A DNA stretch of 64,000 nt from Mobula birostris. Taxonomy: Eukaryota. Under the pieces are notes generated by a model. That model was not told the origin of the DNA and did not search any database. It worked only from the letters and a program-made list of their open reading frames with translations. The translations under genes and the position numbers were made by a program. Shown here one piece after another: positions 49,177-60,221 of this stretch. Within the stretch, counting starts at the first letter, position 1; each line of letters starts with the position of its first letter. The stretch spans positions 198,501,898-198,565,897 of the forward strand of contig NC_092372.1 in the NCBI RefSeq assembly GCF_030028105.1, written 5' to 3'.

Positions 49177-49268
49177 AGTCCTGAAGAAGGGTCCCACCCC
49201 AAAACAATGACTGTTCATTTCCGTAGAAGCTGCCTGACCTGCTGAGTTCCTCCAGCATTTTGTACGTG
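49177..49268 (+). mobile_element. Penelope hammerhead-plus-tail unit with TSD
   Basis: CAGTC CTGAAGA AGGGTCCCACCCC AAAAC AAT GACTG...tail. TSD TTATTAATGC (49167-49176) / TTACTAATGC (49269-49278). Confidence 0.8.
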
Positions 49269-49661
49269 TTACTAATGCCACTGCAAGCTTGTCTGTAACC
49301 CTTAGGTGATGGAGAATTCAATGTTCTTTGCTGACGTCCTTTACTGGAAAAAGGATGGCAATCAGCTCCTTCTCTAGTTTCATATCATAAATCTCATAGC
49401 CAGATTGACTTTGACCGAGATGGTCTTTGAACTCTTCACCTTGGTTATAACTTGGAGCTTTTAGCTGATGCAGATGACAACATTCCATGGCATCCTTACT
49501 AAAGTGGCATCATATATTGTTGCTTGCTGAGACTCCCTCTGACCACTACCACAATCTAAACTCCATACTTATTCCTCTTTCTCTATCGTTCAACAGCTTA
49601 TCTTGCTCTCCATGCCTTCTGCACATTTTCTCAGTCATGGCAGAGTCAAATTCAAGTCTTA

Positions 49662-50190
49662 GAAACATAGAAACATAGAAAACCTACAATACAATACAGG
49701 CCCTTCGGCCCACAAATCTGTGCCGAACATATCCCTACCTTGGAACTACCTAGGCTTTACACATAACCCTCTATTTTTCTAAGCTGCCTGTAGCCATCCA
49801 GGAGTCTCTTAAAAGACCCTATCGTTTCCACCTCCACCACCACCACCGGCAGCCCATTCCACAGACTCACCACTCTCTGCGTAAAAAACTTACCCCTGTC
49901 ATCTTCTCTGTACCTACTTCCAAGCACCTTAAAACTATACCCTATCGTGCTAGCCAATTCAGCCCTGGGGAAAAGCCTCTGACTATCCACATGATCAATG
50001 CCTCTCATCATCTCGTACACCTCTATCAGGTCACCTCTCATCCTCTGCCACTCCAAGGAGAAAAGACCAAGTTCACTCAACCTATTCTCATAAGGCATGC
50101 TCTCCAATCCAGGCAACATCCTTGTAAATCTCTTCTGCACCCTTTCTATGGTTTTCTACGTCCTTCCTGTAGTGAGGCGACCAGAACTGA
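49662..50190 (-). mobile_element. CR1 3' fragment
   Basis: QKRFTRMLPGLESMPYENRLSELGLFSLE...RGKFFTQRVVSLWNGLP; (TTTCTATG)n tail. Confidence 0.9.
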
Positions 50191-50584
50191 GACAAAGACA
50201 AAGACTCTTACAGTTGACACATTACTCCATGTAGACTTTACCAGACCGAATAACTCTGGAAAGCACCAAATATTTGTGCCTAGCAACAACTAGTTGAAAT
50301 TTTTATCTAAGAACAAATGCTCCCATTAAATTTTTCATGTTGTGGTCCTTCAGGACAGTGAGTGCATGTTGCATTGTGCAAGAGGAATTAGGGGAAGGCA
50401 ATACTCTGAGTATTGTGCTCTAGTTTAGCAGCACAGCAATCAAATCAGCATTGCAGATCCATTAATATTATAAGCTGCCAGCTTTATCACATCAGACCTT
50501 AGCATTAAATACCTTGCTAATATAGCAGTGGCATGATTTATGCTGCCTCCATACTGCCAAAACAATGAATACTATGTTGCTCAA

Positions 50585-51382
50585 AGAAGAGAAAATCTGT
50601 AGATGCCAGAAATCCAAGCAACACACACAAAACTCTGGAGGAACTCAGCAGGTCAGGCAGCATCTATGGAAAAGAGTAAACAGACGATGTTTCAGGCCAA
50701 GACCCTTCATCAGGACTGGAAAAAGAAATGAGAAGTTAGAACAAGAAGGTGGGGGGAGGGGAGGAAGAAGGGGAAGGTGGTAGGTGATAGGTGAAATGGG
50801 AGGAGGGCGAGGAGTAAAGTAAAAAGCTGGAAAACTGAGAGGTGAAAGAGTGTAGGGTTGGAGAGGGGAAATCTGATAAGAGAGGGTTGAAGACCATGGA
50901 AGAAAGGGAAGAGAGAGGAGCTCCAGAGGGAGGTGATGGGCAGGTAAGGAGATAAGGTGAGAGAGGGAAACAGGAATGGGAATGGTGAAGAGGGGGGCAA
51001 TTACCAGAAATTCAAGAAATCGATACTCATGCCATAAGGTTGGATGCTATCCAGAAGGAATATAAGGTGTTGTTCCTCCAACCTGAGTGTGGCTTCATCG
51101 CGGCAGTAGAAGGGGGCATATACTGACATGTTGGAATGGGATTGGGAAGTATAATTGAAATGGGTGGCAACCAGGAGATCCTGCTTTTTCTGGTGGATGG
51201 AGCGTAGGTGCTCAGAGAAGGGGTCACCCAATCTGCATCAGGTCTCATCGATATACAGGAGGCCACACTGGAGCACCGGACACAGCAGATGACCCCAACA
51301 GACTCACAAGTAAAGTGTTACCTCCTTTGGAAGTATCGTTTGGGGCCCTGAATGGTAGTGAGGGAGGAGGCGCAGGGCAGGT
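50585..51382 (-). mobile_element. Penelope element 3' part: GIY-YIG endonuclease remnant, hammerhead and tail
   Basis: Minus strand reads HFTCESVGVICCVRCSSVASCI.., then GDPFSEHLRSIHQKKQDLLVATHFN...LRLEEQHLIFLLDSIQPYGMSIDF. Hammerhead at 50681-50718. Confidence 0.9.
50681..50718 (-). ncRNA. Minimal type-I hammerhead ribozyme motif (best-preserved copy)
   Basis: CAGUC CUGAUGA AGGGUCUUGGCCU GAAAC AUC GUCUG. CUGANGA and GAAA cores are intact, stem II is short, stem I has one mismatch, and the NUH triplet is AUC. Confidence 0.65.
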
Positions 51383-51654
51383 ATGGAGTTAACTTTTGCA
51401 GATCAGTTTTACCAAAATATTTACAAAAGATGGAAATTGTCCCACAATGCAATATTTTATGCTTGACTTAAACATTCATTGTCAGAGCTGACGTAAAACA
51501 AGAGCATGTGCTGAACTGATTGGTAGCCCCTTCAGCCAATTATAATATCTTCAGCATATAAAAACTTAGAATTGGAATTGGAAAGAGGGGTAGGGAGATC
51601 TTAAATAATAGGCAAAACAGTGGGTAAAGTGATAAAATTCCCATTATTAAATAG

Positions 51655-53480
51655 AAGTCATGGAAGGTATAGAACACTACAGCACAGAAACAGTCCCTGT
51701 GGCCCATCTAGTCCATGCCCAGCCATTGATCTGTCTGTTCCCATCGACCTGCCCCTGGAACATAGCCCTCAATTTCCTTCCCACCCATGTACCTATCCAA
51801 GTTTCTCTTAAATGTTGAAATCAAACCCAGATCCAGCGCTTGCACTGGCATCTGACTCCACACCGTCACCACACTCTGAGTGAAGAAACTCTCCCTCATG
51901 TAACCCCATTAAAGTGGTCATACATTTCTTATTCCTCAGTTCTATCCATAAAGTCTCACTAGACAAGTTCTCCAGTCTGTCCTGTCTGAGGACTGCCATG
52001 ACATTTTCCCTGACTAGTAATGCCTGCCCTCCCCCTTTAATCCCTGGTTCCCCAGAATACTGGCCCTCCTGTAACCAAGTCTCACTAATGGCCATAATGT
52101 TGTAATTCCATGAGTTGATCCATGCCCAAAGCACATCCGCCTTTCCTACAATACTTCTTGCATTGAAATATATGCTGCTCAGAGCATTAGTCCCACCATC
52201 CTCAACCTTTCGATTCCTGACTTTGTATGTAGGCTTAACAATATCTTTCTCCACAACCACTCCTCTACTGTTCTGGCACTCTCGTTCCCATCTCCCTGCA
52301 ACTCTTGTTTAAACGCACCCCCCCCCACCCCCGCTGTGTACCACTAGCAAACCTTCCCACTAACATATTACTTCCCCCCCGTCCCCCACCTCAGTTCAGG
52401 TGCAAACAGTCCTTTCAGTACCGGTCCCACTTTCCCTGGAAGAGAGCCCAATGATCTAAAAATCTGAAGCCCTCACTCTTGCACCATCTCCTTACTCACA
52501 TGTTAAATTGCATGATTTTCCTATTTCTGGGCCTCACTAATCTGTGGTCCAGTTAGCAATCCGGGGATCAGAACTTTGGATGTCCTGTCCTTTAATTTAC
52601 CACCAAACTGACTGAACTCTGTTTGCAGGACCTTGTCAACTCTCCTACCCATGACTTTGGTACTGATATGGACCATGACCTCTGTTTTCCCATTCTCCCA
52701 TTTAAAAGTGTTACGGACTCAGTCCGATATGTACCTGATCTTGGCACCCAGGAGGCAACATGTCACCTGGGAATCTTGTTCTCGTCCACAAAACCTCCTT
52801 CCTGTTCCCCTGCGCACCAAATCCTCTATCACTACAACTCGCCTCTTCTCCCCACTTCCCTTCTGAGCCACAGAGCCAGGCTCAGTGTGAGAGAGCTGAC
52901 TGCTGTGGCCTCCCTCTGCTAGGTCATCCCCACAAATGTATCCAATGCAATATTCCTGTTGTTAAGCGGAATAGCCACAGGGGTACTCTGCACTGGTTGC
53001 CTCTCTCCTTTGCCCCTCCTGACGCTCTCTCAGTTACCTGTCTCCTTCACCTTGGGTGTAACTACTTCCCAAAATGTCCTGTCTATCAACCCCTCTGCCT
53101 CACAGACGATCCGGAGTTCATACAGCTCCTGCTCCAACTCCTTTACGCAGTCTGTTAGAAGCAGAGCAGCATGTAGTCGTTGCAGAGTTACTGAATTTCT
53201 CCCTGTCCTCCCACATCCCGCAAGAGGAGCATTCCACTATCCTGCCTGGCATTCCCACTGTGCTAAAACTGCAATAAAAAAGAAATAAAGAATAAAGTTT
53301 TAAGAATTCTACATACAGCCTGCACCTCCCCTCGCCGAAGACTTGATGAGCCAAAGGCTCTACTCCCCACTCTATCACTGGCCCACTCACACAATGGCTG
53401 TTCTACTTAAATCTATCCTCTCTTCTATTAGATATTGCCAAGAGCCTAACTATGCACAATCAAATGCCCTGCTTACTTCT
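51655..53480 (-). mobile_element. Internally deleted CR1: 5'UTR, ORF1 and endonuclease start fused to the 3' end
   Basis: MPGRIVECSSCGMWE marks the ORF1 start, and degenerate esterase follows. IYFNARSIVGKAD...ISETWLQ...IELRNKK..TTLMGL then jumps at ~51900 to MRESFFTQSVVTVW and the tail. Confidence 0.85.
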
Positions 53481-53924
53481 TTCAAACACTCTCTTCCTCT
53501 GCACTATCCAATGTCACCTCACGAACTGTGGCTCACAAAATGGGAAATAGCTAAATATGGGAAATTTTCTAGCAGTGTCCATCTTCAATAGGTCTTAACC
53601 TGATTTTTTTTATGAAGCCATTGTGTCCTGTTTACTGCTTACTGAATTCCCACTATTTGCATGAGCCTAACCTGCTCTGTCTGCATTCATGCCAATGTTT
53701 AAATGTGAAATAAGCTTCAAGCCATGTGTCAGTGCCCTCAATAAAGGCATTCATAAATGTTCCTGTCCTTGGTCACCTACTGCTGAAAATTTTACTCTTC
53801 CAGTGCCCTAACGGCCAGTCTCATTCCTTCTACCCTCTTTGAGCATAAGGTAATCCACGTCTCTCTTGCACTAGCCCTTGTTTTTTTACACATAACTGCT
53901 AAGCTTGCCAAGATATTATAAGGG

Positions 53925-54165
53925 TTATGAAGTCACTCAACATGGAAACTGTTCCCTTGGCCCATCGGGCCCCTGCCAACCAACAAGCACACATTCACAT
54001 CAGTCTAGCATTAATCCAATTTGTTCTCTCCAAATTGCCTCAACTCTCCTTCCTCAGATTCTACCTCCCACCTACACATTAAAGGCAATATTAGTGGTGA
54101 GTGAACCTACAAAACTGAAAATTTCTGCGATGTGGAGGAAACTAGACTACCTGGAGGAAATCCAT
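53925..54165 (-). mobile_element. V-SINE 3' part with CR1-type tail
   Basis: GAAGTCACTCAACATGGAAACTGTTCCCTTGGCCCA...TGTGGAGGAAACTAGACTACCTGGAGGAAATCCA. Confidence 0.6.
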
Positions 54166-54291
54166 GGTATTGGTAAGAGGTTAAGAGTGGGAATAAAGGG
54201 AACCTTTTCTGTCTGGTTGTCAGTTGCTAGTGTTGTTCCACGGGTGCCTGTGTTGGGACTGATGCTTTTTACATTATATGTCAATCATTAG

Positions 54292-54757
54292 GAATTAAGA
54301 TCAGGTCACTCGTCTGAGTGCTACCGGTACCATGTAACCCAGTACTACCTGTCGCATGGTTGGGTGGTCGATGACTAAACCGGCTCCCCCACCAGGCTTG
54401 CCTGGTGAGGAGGGTGACTAGACACCCTGCAGGACAAAAAACAAGACCTGTCAAAGGGCGGATGAACCCTCTCGTAGGGTCAACGTGCCATGAAGCGTGG
54501 AAAGGGCATCCCTTGTATCGAAGCTTGGTCCGGCCATTCACCATAACAGAACTTCCCCCCGCCGTCTTGGACCTCACCATGCTGCTGGATCTGGGAGGGG
54601 ATGTCGAGAGGGTGGGTCTGGACCTGTGCATCCCCCTACTCACCTAAAATCCACTCATGCACAGGCTGTTCCCTTCTGAGGAATGGGGTACCACCCCACT
54701 AACTGACTGAAAGGAACCATCATAATCCTATGGGATGGATAGCCAGAGAGAGAGAGA
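54292..54757 (+). mobile_element. Unclassified GC-rich short retro-element with (AG)n tail
   Basis: Interrupts the CR1 reading frame between YVN and DDG, and ends in (AG)7. No pol III A/B boxes recognised. Confidence 0.6.
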
Positions 54758-54905
54758 GGATGATGGAATTGATGGCTTTGTTACAAAGTTTGCAGAAAAT
54801 ATAAAGATAGGTGGAGGGGCAGGTAGTTTTGAGGAAGTAGAGGGGCTACAGAAGGACTCATACAGAATAGGAGAATGGGCAAAGAAATGCCAGATGGAAC
54901 ACAGT

Positions 54906-55046
54906 CAAAGCACAGTCCTGCCAAAGGGTCTCAGCCAAAACGTCGACTGTACTCTTTTCAATAGATGCTGCCTGGCCTGCTGAGTTCCTCCAGCATTTTG
55001 TGTGTGTTGCTTGGATTTCCAGCATCTGCCAAATTTCTTTTGTTTG
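54906..55046 (+). mobile_element. Penelope hammerhead-plus-tail unit with 14-bp TSD
   Basis: CAGTC CTGCCAA AGGGTCTCAGCC AAAAC GTC GACTG...tail. TSD AGATGGAACACAGT (54892-54905) / AGATGGAATACAGT (55047-55060). Confidence 0.9.
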
Positions 55047-55854
55047 AGATGGAATACAGTGTCAGGAAATGTATGGTCATGCACTTTGGTAGAAGAAATG
55101 AAAGGGTTGAACATTTTCTAAATGGAGAGAAAATTCAGAAACATGAGGTGCAAAGGGACTTGGGAGTCTTTGTGCAGGATTCCCTAAAGGTTAACTTGCA
55201 GGTTGAGTCTGTGATGAGGATGGCAAATGCAGTGTTAGCAACAATTTTAAGAAGACCAGAATATAAAAGCAAGGATATAATGTTGAGACTTTATAAAGCA
55301 CTGGTGAGCAGTGTTAACCACACAGTATGAATAATTGATGTGTTAACTTCACAACAGTTCAAAGTAGGTTCACAAAAATGATTCCAGAATTGAATGGCTT
55401 GTTGTATGAAGAGCGCTTGATGGGTCTGGGTCTATATTCACTAGAATTCAGAAGAATAAAGGGTAACCTCATGGAAACGTATCAAATTGTGAAAGGCCTT
55501 GTTAGAGTGGATGCGGAGAGGATGTTTCCTATGGTGGGAGAACCTAAGATCAGAGGACACAACCTCAGAGTAGATGGGCAATCTTTTAGAACGTAGATGA
55601 AGAGGAATTTCTTTAGCCAGGGAGTGGCGAGTCTGTGGAATTCTTTGTCACAGGCAGCTGTGGAGGCCAAGCCTTTAAGTATATTAAAGGCAGAGGTTGA
55701 TAGATTCTTAACTGATCAGGGCATGAAGGGATACGGGAAGAAAGCAGATTGGGGCTGAGGGGAAATGGATTAGCCAGGATGAAATAGCAAAGCAGACTTG
55801 ACAGGCCAAATGGCTAATTCTGCTCCTATATCTTATGGTATTATGGTCTATCTT

Positions 55855-56354
55855 TGTGCATATTGAACGTCTCACAATCATGACCTTGATCATAAGTGAA
55901 CTGGCTGCAGGAGCATTGATTACAGCCATGAGATACAATACAACCGTAAGAAGGCAGGACAATGAGAAGGCAGCCATGGGAACATGAAAGTTAGGTACAA
56001 ACAGGGGTGGGACTCGTGAAGAGTGATGACAAGCGATGATTGGTTCTGGTCTGGTGGTTTGAGCTGGTGCTAATGTATTGGTCCACTTACTACTGCATTT
56101 CACTTCAGTGGAAAGGGTATAAAGGTCTAGCAGCCGGGGTGCTTGGGTGTAGTTCTCTGAGGCCTCACCGACAGGCTGGCCATGAATGACATCGCGGATC
56201 AGCAGAATGGGAGCTGTGCTGCAGTGAGAGGTATCCGCGCATTACTGGATAAATATTTTAATGCTTGTCCTGTTCTATTGTAATAAACAATTTTTGTAGT
56301 TCTAAGTAGATAATTAGAGTTTGTATTTTATTGTCTAACCAGGACTTATCTGCA
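55855..56354 (+). mobile_element. Probable solo LTR
   Basis: TG...CA ends, TATAAA at ~56118, AATAAA at 56282, and flanking 5-mers ATCTT/AACTT. Confidence 0.55.
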
Positions 56355-56586
56355 AACTTATTGATGTAGTGAAACACCCAACTGGTCAGAGGAAGAATAT
56401 TCAAGCTCCACACAGACAGCACCAGTCGTCAGGCTTGAACTCGGGTTACTGAATCTGTGAGGCTGCAACTCCACCTGGTGCATCATTCTTCCTCCTTCTG
56501 TTGCTGTTAAACAACACCTTGATCTTAAAGTTCCCAATGCTTTCAAATCAACACCTGACCTTGCCCCTCTCTCTCTGAAAACCTTC

Positions 56587-57240
56587 ATATAACCATATAA
56601 CCATATAACAATTGAAGCATGGAAACAGGCCATCTCGTCCCTTCTAGTCCATGCCAAACTCTTACTCTCACCTGTCCCTACTGACCTGCACTCAACCCAT
56701 AACCCTCCATTCCTTTCCTGTTCATATATCTACCCAATTTAACTTTAAACGACAACATTGAACCTGCCTCAACCACGTCTACTGGAAGCTCGTTCCACAC
56801 AGCTACCACTCTCTGAGTAAAGAAGTTCCCCCTCATGTTACCCCTAAACTTTTGCCCTTTAACTCTCAACTCATGTCCTCTTGCTGGAATCTCTCCCATT
56901 CTCAATGGAAAAAGCCTATCCACTTCAAATCTATCAATCCCCCTCATAATTTTACACACCTCTATCAAGTCCCCCCTCAACCTTCTACACTCCAAAGAAT
57001 AAAGACCTAACTTGTTCAACCTTTCTCTGTAACTTAGGAAATGAAACCCAGGCAATGTTCTAGTAAATCTTCTCTGTACTCTCTCAATTTTGTTGACATC
57101 TTTCCTATAATTCGGTGACCCGAACTGTACACAATACTCCAAATTTGGCCTTACCAATGCCTTATACAATTTCAACATTACATCCCAACTCCTATATTCA
57201 ATGCTCTGATTAATAAAGGCCAGCATACCAAAAGCTTTCT
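56587..57240 (-). mobile_element. Young CR1 3' fragment with an open C-terminal frame
   Basis: Uninterrupted 182-aa ORF (LYKALVRPNLEYCVQF...FFTQRVVAVWNELP) and (TATGGTTA)n tail. Confidence 0.9.
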
Positions 57241-59298
57241 TCTGAAATAAACTCTGTGATTCAAGAAGGCATGGGTACCAGTTATAATAAATTCTGGCCT
57301 TTCTAGCAATGGCTGAAAAACAAACAAGGACATGAAAATTTCATCCACTTTCCTAATCCTTTTTAAATTGCCAAGACCTTTTTGAGGAAGTTACCAGGAA
57401 AGCTGATTAAGGCAATGCAGTGGATGTTGTCTACATGGACTTTAGCAAGGCATTTGACGAGGTCCTGCATGGGAGGTTGATCAAAAAGGTTCAGTCGCCT
57501 GGCGTTTAAGATGAGGTAATAAATTGGATTAGACATCAGCTTTCTGGGAGAAGCCAGAGAGTGTTAGTAGATGTTTGCCTCTCTGATTAGAGACCTGTGA
57601 CTAGTGGAGTACCACAGAGGCTGGTGCTGTGTCCATTGTTGTTTACCATCTTTAGCAACGATCTAGATCAGGAGCCGGCAACCTTTTTGCCTCTGTGGGC
57701 TGGATCGCGTATTAATGAGCGGACGGTAGGCCAGATAACTGCCATAAAAACATGAAATATGGGAATTATCCATTTAAATACATCTAGTTATGTTTTGCGT
57801 CAAATTAATGAATAATGCATGTTAGAAAATCCATTTGTGCTTAATCAAGGATGCCAATTAGTAATCAAAGAAATCAGTTTAGTTGCAAGTTATTTCAATC
57901 AAGGTATCTTTTGAATCTATTAAAAGGAGACAAAGAATCTTTAAACCTAAAACATATGAATGATGGTAAATTAAGTATAATAAAAAAGAAAATTTTAATG
58001 CGAACAGTCGATAAATCAATGTGAAACTTGATGCTGTTTGTTGCTTGAAAGCTTTTCTCAATATTGGGTGTCAGACTTGTTGATGCCAAGAGCAAGACAT
58101 TATCCAGATGGCCATCAGTCAATCTTGTTCTCAAATGGTTCTTGGTGTGCTTCATTTTTGAAAATAATTGTTCACACATATAAGTGCTGCCAAACAATGA
58201 TGCTATCTTTTTTGCATGGTCCACTAAGTTAGGATACTTCCCACTTGGATGAATATATTTTCTATAGAAGTCAATCACTGACACATCTTCAGAATGAAAT
58301 TTCGATCTCAATATGTCGTCACACTGCATCTCAGTCAATTCCATTTGAAAAATTTCTGATGCAGTGTTCACTTCCACATCAAATGGAGTAGCAAACAGCT
58401 TGAACTCATTTGCATGCAAGCGAAAATCATCAAAACAAGATGAAAACTCTTTTCTCAATTCTTGGACGATATTCACACAAATGCCTCGATCTTGTGATTA
58501 CATTTTTGAAAAGTGGGAAAATGTGCACAATTTTCTTTTTGAAGCTGGTACTCCCACAATTGCAGCTTTCTTTCGAAGGCCACAATATGACCATACATCT
58601 CATGTATCAGCTGATTTTTTTTCCTTGAAGTTGTAAATTCAAGTTATTTTAAATGAGTTGTAATGTCCACAAGAAATGCCAAGGTTGCAAACCAATCACA
58701 AAAATGTGAAGCATCCTGATTTTTGCTTTCAAGGAATGTTGCAATGCAAATACTCTTTCCAGCATTGACCCTCGGCTAAGCCAGCGTACATTGCAGAAAT
58801 AAGCCAGGTCCCCATATTCTGCCTCTGTATCCAACAAAAACTGCTGAAACTGGCGATGATTAATCCACGAAATAGGATCAGATTCACTGCCTTCACAACA
58901 ATGTCCATAACATCCTTTAATTTCAAATACTTGGCACATAATGCCTCTTGATGGATAATGCAATGAATTTTAACCAGTTTCTGTGTGATTCCAAGGTTTT
59001 CCATTTGTCCTTGCAGCAATGCGATGATGGCTTTTTTCTGTCCCACCATTGCTGGCGCCCCATCAGTTGTGATGCCAATTAGCTTCGACACATTAAGTTT
59101 CATTTCTGACATCATTTTCAACAAAGCTTCAAAAATGTCTGCTCCAGTAACCGTGTCCTTCATAGGAATTAATTGAATAAACTTTTCAAAAATTTGCAAA
59201 GTTGAGGTCACTCCTCACACAAACACTGCAAGTTGAGCAGTGTCTCTCAAGTCTGTGCTCTCATCAAGCACAATTGAAAAAAATTGCAATTCGTTACA

Positions 59299-60221
59299 GG
59301 CATCCCATGGCCAAGTGCTTAGGGCGTTGGACTAGCGATCTGAAGGTCATGGGTTTTAGCCTCGGCCAAGGCAGCGTGTGTGTCCTTGAGACAGGCACTT
59401 AACCACACAATGCTCCAGTCTACCCAGCTGGCATATTGGACTGGTCAAAGCACACTGAGGCTGTCTACAAGAAGGGTCAGAGCCATCTCTATTTCCTGAG
59501 GAGAATGAGGTCCTTTAACATCTGCTGGATGATGCTGAGGATGGGCTACGAGTCTGTGGTGGCCAGTGCTATCATGTTTTCTGTTGTGTGCTGGGGCAGC
59601 AGGCTGAGGGTAGCAGACACCAACAGAATCAACAGACTCATTCGTAAGGCCAGTGATGTGCGAATGGAACTGGACTCTCTGACGGTGGTGTCTGAAAAGA
59701 GGATGCTGTCCAAGTTGCATGCCATCTTGGACAATGTCTCCCATCCACTACATAATGGACTTGTTGGGCACAGGAGTACATTCAGCCAGAGACTCATTCC
59801 ACCGAGATGCAATACAGAGAGTCATAGGAAGTCATTCCTGCCTGTGGCCATCAAACTTTACAACTCCTCCCTTGGAGGGTTAGACACCCTGAGCCAATAG
59901 GCTGGTCCTGGACTCATTTCCTGGGATAATTTACATATTACTATTTAATTATTTATGGTTTTATTACTATTTATTTATTTATAGTGCAACTGTAACAAAA
60001 ACCAATTTCCCTTGGGATCAATAAAGTATGACTATAACTATGACTGTGACTATGAATGAGAATTGGTACCGGCAAAAATGCTGGGGGTTAACCTTGCGAT
60101 AGACTGGTGTCCTATCCGGTGGTGGAGGGGGGAAGTCTGGTACTCTCAGTTGCTTCACGCTACGGAAACCGGCATAAGCACCCATCTGATGGGCCACAAG
60201 GCTCGTGACAGATTTTAATCT
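59299..60221 (+). mobile_element. tRNA-derived SINE with CORE-like and Meta-like central domains (59299-59430 plus 60056-60221)
   Basis: A-box TGGCCAAGTG and degenerate B-box GGTTTTAGCC. GTGTCCTTGAGACAGGCACTTAACC, then GGTACCGGC...GCTGGGGGTTAACCTTGCGATAGACTGG...GCTTCACGCTACGGAAACCGG. Confidence 0.7.
59431..60055 (+). mobile_element. Young Rex-Babar 3' fragment nested in the SINE
   Basis: Open 154-aa frame DWSKHTEAVYKKGQSHLYFLRRMRSF...SFLPVAIKLYN, AATAAA and (GACTAT)n tail. Confidence 0.9.

Larger units (their letters stand above)
54166..55849 (+). mobile_element. CR1 RT/3' fragment carrying two nested insertions
   Basis: RVGIKGTFSVWLSVASVVPR...LFTLYVN | DDGIDGFVTKFAENIKIGG...WAKKCQME | YSVRKCMVMHFG...; tail TCTTATGGTATTATGGTCT. 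Confidence 0.9.

Noticed and set aside
50472-50482. miR-22-like sequence AAGCTGCCAG
   Set aside because: Only 10 nt match, and there is no precursor hairpin.
54570-54625. 2A-like peptide (LLDLGGDVERVG)
   Set aside because: It resembles the GDVExNPGP lead-in but lacks the essential NPGP, so it is not supportable.
59299-59370. tRNA gene
   Set aside because: It is a SINE head: the B-box is degenerate, there is no complete cloverleaf, and it runs into the SINE body.
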